Of a DNA stretch of 64,000 nucleotides, positions 26,401-36,954 are shown in pieces. The translations under genes were made by a program, and so were the position numbers. The notes below the pieces were generated by a model, which was given only the letters and a program-made list of their open reading frames with translations, was not told the origin of the DNA and made no database searches. Source of the stretch: Azolla caroliniana (taxonomy: Eukaryota; Plantae; Polypodiophyta); NCBI GenBank assembly GCA_043228905.1, contig JBHGNT010000009.1, forward strand, positions 19,840,001-19,904,000, written 5' to 3'. Within the stretch, counting starts at the first letter, position 1. Every line of letters starts with the position of its first letter.

Positions 26401-29400
26401 CACTATCGTCACAAGCAACAATTTTACCTATGTGTTTTCTCCACTCATCTTGGAGACTTGTACTACAATCCCCCAAACATAATACAGCAATGTGACAGGC
26501 ATATTTAAAACAAACGATATGGTATGTGTGATGGCATGGTTGTAGGTGAACCAATAAACTAGCAAATTTGTCCTCTACACGTAATCCACAAGCGATGCAA
26601 CATGCTTGAAAAGTCAATATATTGTTTCTTGGTTCTCCTTCATTTGGTAAGGGAGCAAGAATGTTCAGGTGCAATTCTTGTCTGCTCACCATCCCCTCCG
26701 CAAAATGTGGCTGCTTCTTAAGGCAGCTAACTACATGTTCTTGACAGGAGTATTGTTCCTTCAACGCAGCCGAGAAATTTACCGATTAATTATTCCTTAA
26801 TGAGGAAGATACAACAACAAGAAACAAGAATCATTAACTTACTTGTAGCTTTTCCAAATTGTAATCAACAACAGTTTTTACACCTAGAAGGTCCAGGTTC
26901 ATTAAAAGAACTTGGATCTCTGTCTAGAGTTGAATTTTCCGTTGGGGATCCAACGACCCCTTAATTTCAAGTTCATGTTGAGCAACTTGTTCCAGATAAT
27001 GCCTCAGTAGCACATTTTCATGTACAAGTTATTTATAACATATTACATACTAACAAAACAATAGGTACCTAAATCTTATTTCTGATTGTTGTAATTGCCA
27101 AAGTGACTTTCTCAACAACTAATGTTGCTTTCTCTAAATCAATCTTAAAAAACTCCAATGTCTCACAGGCTTCATGGACATTTTTTAGCATATAGCTAAT
27201 CAATGTCTCACTTGTATCATCGACATTGGCTTTCATTGTGTGTTGGTGTGGCGTATACTTGCGGGTTTGTTGGGAGTCAGCAGTTGCATCATCATCTGCC
27301 ATGCTCCAAAATCTTGCCATTTTTTGTTGCAAGCTCCCCATCTTCCGACATCTTTCTACCGATGCCTCACCATAAATTGCCCAAGCTACCCTGTACATTT
27401 CAGGGTCACGAGATTCCTTCGATATTTTGCAATACTCGTATGCAAAAGCTCTGGCAAATGACACAGACACCTCCTTGTTGACCGGGATCTCTTGATGTAC
27501 TTTCTGGTGCAATCTCATGCAGCCATCGTATAGGTCCGGTCGTACATACTTGAGCTTGACCTTGCCTTTCACTCTAGGCACTTTATATACTGACATCCGA
27601 TCTACATCTCTAATCAATCTATCTATCTATTAGAATAGCATGGTCAATACCCTCGAGCGACAGACCATATATGTTGTGAAAGTCCTCCTTTGTCTTGCAA
27701 AATTTTGCAAAGTTCAGCACTCTAGGATAGGGAGGAACGAGCCACCTGAAATAGAAAATCAGTAATCAAAATTGGTGCAAAAATAGAATTTTTAATGTGA
27801 ATTTGGTGCAAAATTACAACCCTTTGAGACAGTAATCTGAAATTTGTAATTTGTTCTTTCCAACATGTATCAGAAATCAACCACTTAAAAAATTAGAAAC
27901 CCTAATCAGAATTTGTCATGAGAATTGGTGCAAAATTACAACACATTGCGACAGTAATCATAAATTTGTAATTAGAAATTTGTAACCAGAAACTTGTAAT
28001 CTGAAATTTGTAATCTGAAACCCTAAACCACTTAAGGGAAACTCAAACCCTAATCATCACTAAAGGCAGAAATCAATCGTACTATAAAATTCTGTCAATC
28101 AGAAACACACCTGCTGCTACACCCCGATCTTCGAGACATCCTTGTTTGGGACTCCAACAACTTCGCCCTATTTGATTTTTGGGAAAGATGAATAGGCACC
28201 AAAGTTACAAACAGTTACCAGAAAGGAAAAAAAAAGTTTTTTTAATATGTAACTAATACATACCTGGACGAGGATCGACTTGCTCATGTGTTGTAGCTCT
28301 AAAGGTGCAATGTCGATCTCAGAGTTTTTGTGCTACTGCGGGAGCTTCGTCTACGTTCATGCTCAAAGTACTCCATCTGTTTGGAGTTCAAACTCGAACT
28401 CAGGATTATCAAGAATTTGATGACATTCAAGTCGACTTTAGATGATGGCACTATTCCCCATGTTCCACTACGTCAAAAACCAAAGTTCAAATATTTGAGT
28501 ATTCTCATAAATTAAATGACATGTATTTAACTAATAAAACATAAAATTTCGTAAACCATCCTTATGATTTTCCCACAAAAACCTGGCTAAACAAATAGCT
28601 AATTAGTTGTGGCCATTTTTTTTTTCCTGAAAAAATATCCTCCATTGGTATTAAAATGAAAGTGGCCAAAGGCCATGTACAAAATAGGCTAATATTACTT
28701 CGAATATTGTAAAGCCATGCCGAATGACTCTAGCCAGTCTTTCTAGGAAAGGTAATTAGCTATGGCCATTTTGGTAGCTAATTAGCTATAATAGTGTTTC
28801 CACTCGTATGCTTTTACCTAGAACCCTTGCGATACCGTATGGAAAAATCAAAATCTTGCATAAGGTCAGCCCAACGGCCTTTGCGACCAACACGATCCTG
28901 TTGGTCACAAAAATACTTCAATGATTGATGGTCTATTGTAACCACAAATTGATTTCCATAGAGATAGTGGCTCCATGTTTTCAGTGCATGTATTACCGCA
29001 AACAACTCTTTTTCTTGAACCAAATACCGAGATTGTGTAGCATCAAGCTTCTTACTTTCAAAAGCAATAGGGTGGTTGCCTTGATAAAGTACGACACCAA
29101 TAACATAATCACTAGCATCGGTTTCAATTGCAAAAGGCTTGGAAGGGTTCGGTAATAGAAGAGTGGGAGCTTCACACACATGCTTTTTGAGTGTCTCAAA
29201 TGATGTGTCAAATTTTTCATTCCAAGAATTGGTTTGCCAGACTTACGTGGACGACCTTTAAAAGGTAAGTTAACTACGTAATCAATTTGGAATAGTTACG
29301 AATTGATATACGTAAAAATCCAACAAATCCTAAGAATGGTTGAAGTTCACAAATATTACGTGGAATGGGCCAAATTTTAACCTTTATAATACAAGAAGGT

Positions 29401-29947
29401 TCTATTTCAAGGCCATTTTCCATTATTAAATGGCCTAGGTACACAATAGATTTTTGGAAAAAATCACATTTTCAATGTTTTACATAGAAAGAGTTTTCAC
29501 ACAACTTGTGCAAAACAAATCAAACATGATCTTGCAAGGTATGGTTATAAATAAGAATATCATCCAAGAAGACAACAACAAAATCACTGAGTTGATCTCG
29601 AACGATGTCATTCATTGCTTGTTGGAATGTGGTTGGAGCATTGTCAATCCAAAAGGCATGACTAAAAACTCATAATGGTCATAACATGCAAGAAAAGCAG
29701 TTTTCGGAATATCATCTTCGGGCAATGCGAATTTGATGATAACATGTTCATTTGTCAATTTTCGTAAAATATCGAGCCCCGTGCAAATGATCAATCAAAT
29801 CATCAACACGAGGTAACGAATATACATTTTTAATTCAAAGAACTAGCACACCAAAAGGTGATTTACTATACCTAGTGTGACCCATACTCAAGTATTCCTT
29901 AAGTTGTTTTGCGACCTCATCCTCTTCTAATCAACTAAGTTGATAAG

Positions 29948-30468
29948 TGTTGGGAAATAGGTCTCTCCAGATGGGAAGAGAAGAGTTGAGTTGTTGAGTA
30001 ACTCGGCCGAGGCCGAAACCAAAATCGAGGATATAGCCAACTCAGGAGACTATATTTGTAAATAGTCGAAATGTGCCCTATGTGGGCTATGTATGTAAAT
30101 AGCCATAAAGTTGTATGAGTATAAATACAAATAGGGCAAACTTTAGTAGTGGGTGTAGATCATTGTTGTATCATTGGGTTGTGAGTTACAAGAAGGGTGT
30201 TGCCTTTGTAACTGAGCGTGTGAGAGTTAGAGTGTAACTCTGTAGCCATCTGTTGACGAAAAAGATCTTGAGGTCGTTGCCTCCGAGTTTCTTATTGTAC
30301 TCCTCTTTGTATAGTGATTTGTTTTGGAGTTTGCAGACTCCGCGTGGTTTTTCCCAATTTGGGTTTCCACGTATTTCTATTGTTTTTCTGTCTATGCACA
30401 TTCATCTTGACTTCTGCACCCGAATATACGAACGAGCAACCGGTTGTGGCCGGTCACAATTCTCAACA
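29948..30468 (+). mobile_element. Solo LTR (copia type), 521 bp
   Basis: TGTTG...CAACA; perfect 5-bp TSD ATAAG; TATAAAT; U5-like GTGGTTTTTCCC..GGGTTTCCACGT motif resembling the 18645 LTR family. Confidence 0.9.
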
Positions 30469-31368
30469 ATAAGGTGGAAAGCTCATAGGAGTAGCACCGG
30501 GAATGAGTTCAATCTAATGCTCCACATTACGTTTTGGTGGTAAAGTAAGCGACAATTCATTAGGAAACACATCTTGAAAATCCTCTAAAATAGAGTCCAG
30601 TAATTATCATTCATAATGTGGTAAGTGTGTGGCATCAATATTAAAATGATAAAATTGAAGTGTGGGATCAATTACACACGAATAAATTGATAACCTAGAA
30701 TACTTGCTTAAATATTTGTAGGACACAAGTGAACAAGAAGGAAGTTTGGAACATTGAATAAAATGCTTACAATTATTAAGTTCAAATGTGATTAAGTGAT
30801 TAACCCCATCAATGGAGAAAGAAGGGTTTTCATTAAAAAACTAAATGTATCCTAAAATGACATTTGCGGATTGTAGTTTCATAACGTGAAAGTCAAGCTT
30901 CTCCATATAGGTGTCTATTTGAATTGGTAGTTGGCAAACAATGTCACTAATTTATTGGGTGACTTTATTTACCATGTGAACTTGATACATATTATCACTT
31001 GTGTTTATGTGGAGTTGCATTTGCTACACAAAAGTGATCATTAAGAAAATTGTGAGAACTACCGGAATCTAACAGGAAATGTGCTTGTAGTCCATTGATA
31101 TACCCGAATGCTTAGAGTAAATCATTAGGTCCAAGTAAATGTGAAGGAAAAGTGCATTCACATGAACAATGGTTGGTATGAACTTGAATAACATCAAAAG
31201 ACTCACCTGTGTGACTCGTAGATTTGTCTTGAGGGGTGTTCATTGACATCCTTTGTGTGGCCCCGTTGTTGTGTCATACAACATCAAATCGTTGAGTGAG
31301 TCATGTGGAACCACCAAGGTTTTGGACTACGAGGAGGAATTTAAGACAGATAAAATTATGAATAGATT

Positions 31369-31371
<3 letters not shown>

Positions 31372-31450
<79 letters not shown>
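31372..31450. repeat. (GA)n(GATA)n microsatellite forming the LINE 3' tail/target site
   Basis: Directly visible. Confidence 0.95.
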
Positions 31451-31451
<1 letters not shown>

Positions 31452-34400
31452 TATATTATCGTCTTCGGAGGTCAAATATGACCTATGAGACCAAAAATAT
31501 TACATTTCACGTGATACGTGTGAAAGTGAGTAGTGACTCTCGATGTTCAAGAACTTTACCAATGAATGTTGCAATCGAGAGTGCACATGGTGGTTGTGAG
31601 AGGAATTCATGCAAAGATTGGGCTCGATCAAAGAGATGTGGAAAGCATGGTCGAATATGATCAAAGGCAGAGCATTGTATCAAAGTGTGATACTCAGACT
31701 CGCGAACTTGTTTAGGGCAAAATGTGCATAGCCGACCACTCTCATCACTTGTACCCCAACGCCCTGTTTCACATCGCAATGCATGTGAGCTAAGTCGCAT
31801 GGAAGCAATGGTTCGAATGGAAGATAACGGTATGGGCTCTAACATGTATGGATGTGTACGATTTCCCCGTTCCGCAAAGAATATGGTTTTGTAGTTAGGT
31901 GCAACATGTGTAGTATAATGTGTGAAGCGTGAGCCTCCACATTTGTCCCATGTCATGATACATTGGCATTGCAAAAATGCCTCATTTACAGAGGAATCTA
32001 ATGATGCATCATGAAGCAAGTGTCTCGCATCCCATCTACCAAACCATTTTTCTATATCTTGCATCCAACCGGAACACAAAAATTTCCTTTTATGCGTCTT
32101 TTGGATCTTTTTGCTTGCTTCCCACGCAATTCTAGGAAGTCGATGTGAGGGACTTTTTTGAACCTTAAGCATGTATTCAACAACCCTTTCCATGGCCATG
32201 ATCTCAATGGGAAGAGATCCCGTCTCAAGGAGGAGGAGGGTGTAGGGCGTTTGTTTCTTAACTTGTAGAAACTTGGTAAGATAATGCTTTTGGACATTTT
32301 CAAACTCTTTCCACATAGATTTAGGGATGCTACCGCCCCATACTTCCACCCCATAGAGAAGAACCGGTGTCACCAAAGTGTCGAAAAGATATTTCTTGAG
32401 GACCCAACACTTAATATCTCCAAGATTGCATGTGTTCTCAAATGCATAGTATGCTCGCTTGCCCGCCTCTAAGCGGCGTGTAGCACATTCATTCCATCTA
32501 TGATTTGAAGGAACTTCAAGGCCAAGATATTTGAAGCTTTCCACACATTCAAGTGGCTCATTGTTGTACATAATGCATGGTTTATCTCTTTTTTGGCTCT
32601 TCACAAGCATAATCTTTGTTTTAGAGCTATTGACACTTAATTTAGTATGCATGCAAAAAATTTCCAATGCCTTCATAAGCTTTTGTGCATCTCCAAAAGT
32701 ATTTGCAAAAAGCACTACATCATCTGCATATAGCAAAAGCATAATCACAACATTCCCAATGGCAACTTCTTCAACACATTCTTCCTTTGCAAACTTGGTA
32801 ACCATTTCTTCCAATTCATCAATGCATAGACCAAATAGTGTTGGTGAGAGTGGGCATCCTTGCTTAACACCAATAGTGCTTTTGAAAAAATCTGAAAGTT
32901 TATCTCTCATGCGCATACAACATATAACCTTCTCATAAATTCGGGAAATTGCAAGCATATATTCACTTGACACCTCAAGTTCTTCCATTCGCCTCCAAAG
33001 ATGTTCACGAGGTACCATATCAAAAGCTTTCTTGAAGTCTACAAAGCAACAATATAAACCTTTACCTCTAAGGCAACTTTCCTCCATTAATACTCGAAGG
33101 GTGATAAGATGATCAATGGTGCTATGGTGTTTCCGAAAGCCAGCTTGTCCATAAGCTCTCTTACCACATTTTTCAACCCATACACTTATCTTTGATTCCA
33201 TTATACATCCAAATAGTTTTGCCATTAATGAGCCAACCATGATGGTTCGATAGTTGTTTACATTATTTATATCTCCACCTTTATGTAAAGGTTTGATCCA
33301 ATTTGTAGTCCAATCGTACGGCATACCATGTTGCAATGCATCATTAAACATATCGTTTATCCATATATGTGCTTCCTTTCCCGTCCATTTGAGCATTTCA
33401 GCCTTTATACATTGAAGATCGCTTGCCTTTCGAGAGGCCAATTTCTTAAGTCCTATGCATATATCTTCAATTGTAAAGAAGGGAGGCATATGTGAAAGAG
33501 AACCATAACACATCATCTTTCCGACAAGAGATAACTCATATAAATTCTTACAATGCATAGACAAGTCGTTAAGAGTTAAGTCACCATAACTCTCAACACG
33601 TTTTCCCTTTAGATTTCCCCAAAATTTCGCACATGCATGTGCTTTCTCTTGCGTTTGGATAAGTTCTTGAGTAACTTCCCATATTCTTCTCTTTCTTTGA
33701 ATAAGCCTTTTATACTCATGCAAATGATTTTGGTAATTCTCTTTATCCTTAACTACATCCAAAACCATAAGGCACTTTCGAGCTTCACGACATTCTTTAT
33801 CAAACCATTTTTTCCTAAGTTTCTTGGTGCATTTCCAAGATGTGCGATTGGTCGAAAAACATTTGTTTGTACATGAGAGAATGACTTTCTTGAAAGCTTC
33901 CCATTTGCATTCTAGTGTGGCACCATGTTGTATCTTTGTCATTTGTAACATATCCTCAACCATCTTGGAATACATGGGTGCTCGCTTAAGGTTCATGCTC
34001 AAGTGCGGTTGTTTATTATCTTCAATAGCCTTCTCACAATCAAACCTATGCATACATTTGAGATCAATACATAAAGGCCTATGATCGGATTCCGGTGTCC
34101 ATTCACCAAGTGAGAATTTATGTATACGATCCAAAATACCTTCGGAAAGTAGCACATAGTCAATCACACTATTTCCGTTGTGTTTTCTACATGTAAAACC
34201 ATTAGTGTTGGGCCATAAGGAAATACCATTTGCAATAAGCAATCCGGTACTATTGCACATTTGTAGGAGTAACTTCCCAAATTGGTCCAGATCTTTTTCA
34301 TCGCTAGAAGAGCGGTTATACATTTGCATATCCTCTTGCATCCTTGAGATATGTGGCATGAAAGATTCTTGTGAATCAAGTTGGAAACTTCTTGTACGAG

Positions 34401-35062
34401 CATTCATGTCACCAAAGACAATAACTTCCCCTTTGGATTTGAAATAAGCAATATCATCTTCTAGATTGGCAAACGGTTGATCTTTATCCAAACAAGCATA
34501 AAAGTTAGAATCATGATGAGGAATGTAACATCCAACTACAAAAGTGGGCAAATCATTAGGTGTTTCTATTTTGAGCCATATGTAGCATTTATTTTCATCA
34601 TTTTTTATGATTAACACATATTTCTCTATTTCCTTCTTAATCAAACATGCCACCCCTCCTTGTCCTCTTCTTTGTCTTGGATTTTTCTTCCATATCAAAG
34701 AGTGTACATTATAGTTTCCTAAACCTTGAATCCTTTGAGTATCATGCTCCCATGTTTCAACAAGAAGTGTGATATCCGAGTCATCGATGAACTCCTCTAT
34801 GCCAAATCCCGCATTCCATGAGTATGATCCGCCGCTTTGTATCATCTGTCATTGTGCATACAATAGGCCTTTCTCCGGAGCGAGTAACACCATGTTTCCC
34901 AACTTGGTGTGCCCCATATACATTCACATCTGACATCCCATAATGCATGCTAAAAAAATCACCAATGGCCTTTCCAAGGGATGTGGGTGTTTCAATACTC
35001 TCTTCTTTAATCCCACGGACGACAATGTTCTTTGATCGTCGTTCACGTTCTTTCAATTCTCG
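31451..35062 (-). mobile_element. 5'-truncated LINE (RTEX/L2-like) with ORF1 remnant and ORF2
   Basis: ORF1 remnant ERERRSKNIVVRGIKE..RPIV at about 34830-35060; ORF2 downstream; microsatellite tail. Confidence 0.85.
31507..34845 (-). CDS. LINE ORF2: APE endonuclease, reverse transcriptase, C-terminal Cys/His finger
   Basis: 1112-aa open frame; SWN..ETW, GDMNAR, IDY, SDH (APE); QAGFR, FVDFKKAFD, GVKQGCPLSP, YADD (RT); RLSSH.L..ETGR..C..C..E.H..C. Confidence 0.9.
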   Translation of the reverse strand: MIQSGGSYSWNAGFGIEEFIDDSDITLLVETWEHDTQRIQGLGNYNVHSLIWKKNPRQRRGQGGVACLIKKEIEKYVLIIKNDENKCYIWLKIETPNDLPTFVVGCYIPHHDSNFYACLDKDQPFANLEDDIAYFKSKGEVIVFGDMNARTRSFQLDSQESFMPHISRMQEDMQMYNRSSSDEKDLDQFGKLLLQMCNSTGLLIANGISLWPNTNGFTCRKHNGNSVIDYVLLSEGILDRIHKFSLGEWTPESDHRPLCIDLKCMHRFDCEKAIEDNKQPHLSMNLKRAPMYSKMVEDMLQMTKIQHGATLECKWEAFKKVILSCTNKCFSTNRTSWKCTKKLRKKWFDKECREARKCLMVLDVVKDKENYQNHLHEYKRLIQRKRRIWEVTQELIQTQEKAHACAKFWGNLKGKRVESYGDLTLNDLSMHCKNLYELSLVGKMMCYGSLSHMPPFFTIEDICIGLKKLASRKASDLQCIKAEMLKWTGKEAHIWINDMFNDALQHGMPYDWTTNWIKPLHKGGDINNVNNYRTIMVGSLMAKLFGCIMESKISVWVEKCGKRAYGQAGFRKHHSTIDHLITLRVLMEESCLRGKGLYCCFVDFKKAFDMVPREHLWRRMEELEVSSEYMLAISRIYEKVICCMRMRDKLSDFFKSTIGVKQGCPLSPTLFGLCIDELEEMVTKFAKEECVEEVAIGNVVIMLLLYADDVVLFANTFGDAQKLMKALEIFCMHTKLSVNSSKTKIMLVKSQKRDKPCIMYNNEPLECVESFKYLGLEVPSNHRWNECATRRLEAGKRAYYAFENTCNLGDIKCWVLKKYLFDTLVTPVLLYGVEVWGGSIPKSMWKEFENVQKHYLTKFLQVKKQTPYTLLLLETGSLPIEIMAMERVVEYMLKVQKSPSHRLPRIAWEASKKIQKTHKRKFLCSGWMQDIEKWFGRWDARHLLHDASLDSSVNEAFLQCQCIMTWDKCGGSRFTHYTTHVAPNYKTIFFAERGNRTHPYMLEPIPLSSIRTIASMRLSSHALRCETGRWGTSDESGRLCTFCPKQVRESEYHTLIQCSAFDHIRPCFPHLFDRAQSLHEFLSQPPCALSIATFIGKVLEHRESLLTFTRIT

Positions 35063-36954
35063 TGAATTCCACAAGTATATTGTATTAGATTAATCAATAT
35101 TTACAAACCTAATAATTCCCATGAATTCAGCCCCCATTTACATTTTGCTCCCACCCTTATATAGTGATGGGAGAGGCTAGGCATAGCTCGCCACATGGCA
35201 AACATCATGCTTTCTTTAACTATAGCATTCATGCACACTAGTTGTGCATTGTAGCTCGCCAAGGCCATGCTTTCTCTAACTATAGTATTCATGCACACTA
35301 ATTGTGCATGAGTAAGTTTCCTAGATTATATATGTGAGGATAAGCTCTTGTACATATTAAAATCTATAATTATGTTACTCATACCTACATATTCATTCCG
35401 GTACTCCGTACGTTTTTCACAATGTGTACGAAGTACACTACGACACCACTTCTTGCAAATGCACATAAAAAGTTCAGTTTCTTTGAGTCATGGTCAAGAG
35501 TGTCACTTGATTGACTACATTTCCCAATGACCTTGACATTGAGAGTTTTGGCGAACTTGGGTTTATTGTGTTCTTTCTTGAAAGTTTGATTGTACCAAAG
35601 TACAATATTGACAACTTCCTCGAAAGTTGTGGGGTCCTTGTCATGGACAATCCAATGGTAATCCCCATTGGGAATACCATTCAAAAAACAAGCAACAAAC
35701 CATTTCTCACCCGTAAGTCCCGATTTTTGGATTTAGGTCCGAGCATGATGCACATAATCCTCAAGAGAGGTAAATGGCTTGTTCGACAACGCGAGCAAGT
35801 ATTGTGCTTGTTTAGTTTGAGAAGTTGGCTGCAATAACTATTTCTTGAAAACATCGACAAAACCTTCCCAACTTGTGGGTAAGCTCTTTGCAGTCCTAAT
35901 TCACAACTAGCATAACCAATTTTTACAATGTCTACCTTGGGATGTTTATCTCAAAGTGAGACTCCCAATGACTAAGCTAAGTGCAAATGACTTCCTCGGT
36001 TCTTTCTTTCTTATGTCCCTTGAATGGCGTGACTATAAAAGAAGGTTCACCTTCTTTCTTAGACTCAATAGTCAATTCTTAGAATTTCTTTTTCAAAGCC
36101 ATATTGGCGTGCCGCACTTCAGCCAATTGATTCAAGATAATAGTGAGCAATTTCTCAATAGTGATATCAGCCTGTGTGTTGGATGCAGACTAGAGTTGAG
36201 AAGTCTCAGACGCCGATATTGCTCCAACAATGTTCAAAACTTGTTCCATGATGCGAGTTGTGTGTATGCAATATATATAAGGAGGTTCTGAAAATACGCA
36301 AGAAAAATGAATGCGTGAAATTTTGATTGGAAGCACATTGTCCAAGAAAGCATCTCATGTTGTCGTACTGTATTTCGTATACTACGTGAAAAACGTATAG
36401 AGTACTAGATTCAATAAATATGAAGAAATAGAAAAAATATTACAATATATATTACATGCATAGGGCAAGATTCAAACCTTGTACCTCCATATTAATAATT
36501 TGAAGCCTTACCATTACACTAACACATCATAACTATAAGAAAAGTAGATATTCCACATAGAAATCTTACTTTACGCATATTTTCTAGGAAAAAGCTTTAC
36601 TTAGAAGAAAAACGCATGATAGAAAAATGCCACACATGCACATTTAGCGTGCATAAACACTATAGTCAATAAAAAACGCATGAGGTTAGAAAAAACATGA
36701 TCACTTTTAGAAAAAGAATGTTACAGAAAGCATATAGTTTATAGATAGAGAAAGCATGGAGTCCATAGCATGGACTCTCTCATCACTATATAAGGATGGG
36801 GAGCACAATGTAATAGGGAGAGAAATTTATGGATAAAAAATCATTAGGGTTCAAAAATAATGATTAATAAAATAAATTATGCTTGTGGGATTCACAAGTT
36901 TTCTATATATCTCTCTTCCAATCTATTCTAATTTATTATTAAGGTTTTAAATAT

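Larger units (their letters stand above)
17022..28139 (-). pseudogene. Multi-exon transposon accessory gene: unknown N-terminal domain, RING-like finger, linker, FCP1/NIF-like HAD phosphatase fold
   Basis: Approximate exons 28139-28111, 27745-27069, 27020-26843, 26797-26428, 25567-25442 plus 18644-18250 (split by copia), 17987-17022. RING-like CIAC..PCHHTYH..C..C...C. C-terminus LILKLDKVL..R..FL..F..FIWS..W.RENC..K.L..W..NMLILD. Confidence 0.65.
11135..28818 (+). mobile_element. Sola2-like DNA transposon, about 10.9 kb native length plus a nested 6.8-kb copia
   Basis: Inverted ends GAGTGGAAACA (11135-11145) and TGTTTCCACTC (28795-28805); interrupts the gypsy ORF precisely; encodes a DDD-type transposase with Sola2-like motifs. 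Confidence 0.75.
31267..35445. mobile_element. Family A element interrupted by a LINE
   Basis: TGTTGTGTC...CTACGACA; decayed TSD CCGT/CCAC; removing it restores the gypsy gag knuckle CKKWGHT; tRNA-like module not seen. Confidence 0.75.
9560..36290 (-). mobile_element. Decayed Ty3/gypsy (chromovirus-like) gag-PR-RT-RH-INT, host of multiple nested insertions
   Basis: INT GHDVIWVVVDQLTK (about 9750); RH ETDASDY and EKELFAVIHAL (28814-29179); RT KTAF...YEFLVMPFGLT (29612-29794); gag remnants at 35446-36290; frame rejoins across insertions (RYRKGS|MNTIVDALS). Confidence 0.85.
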
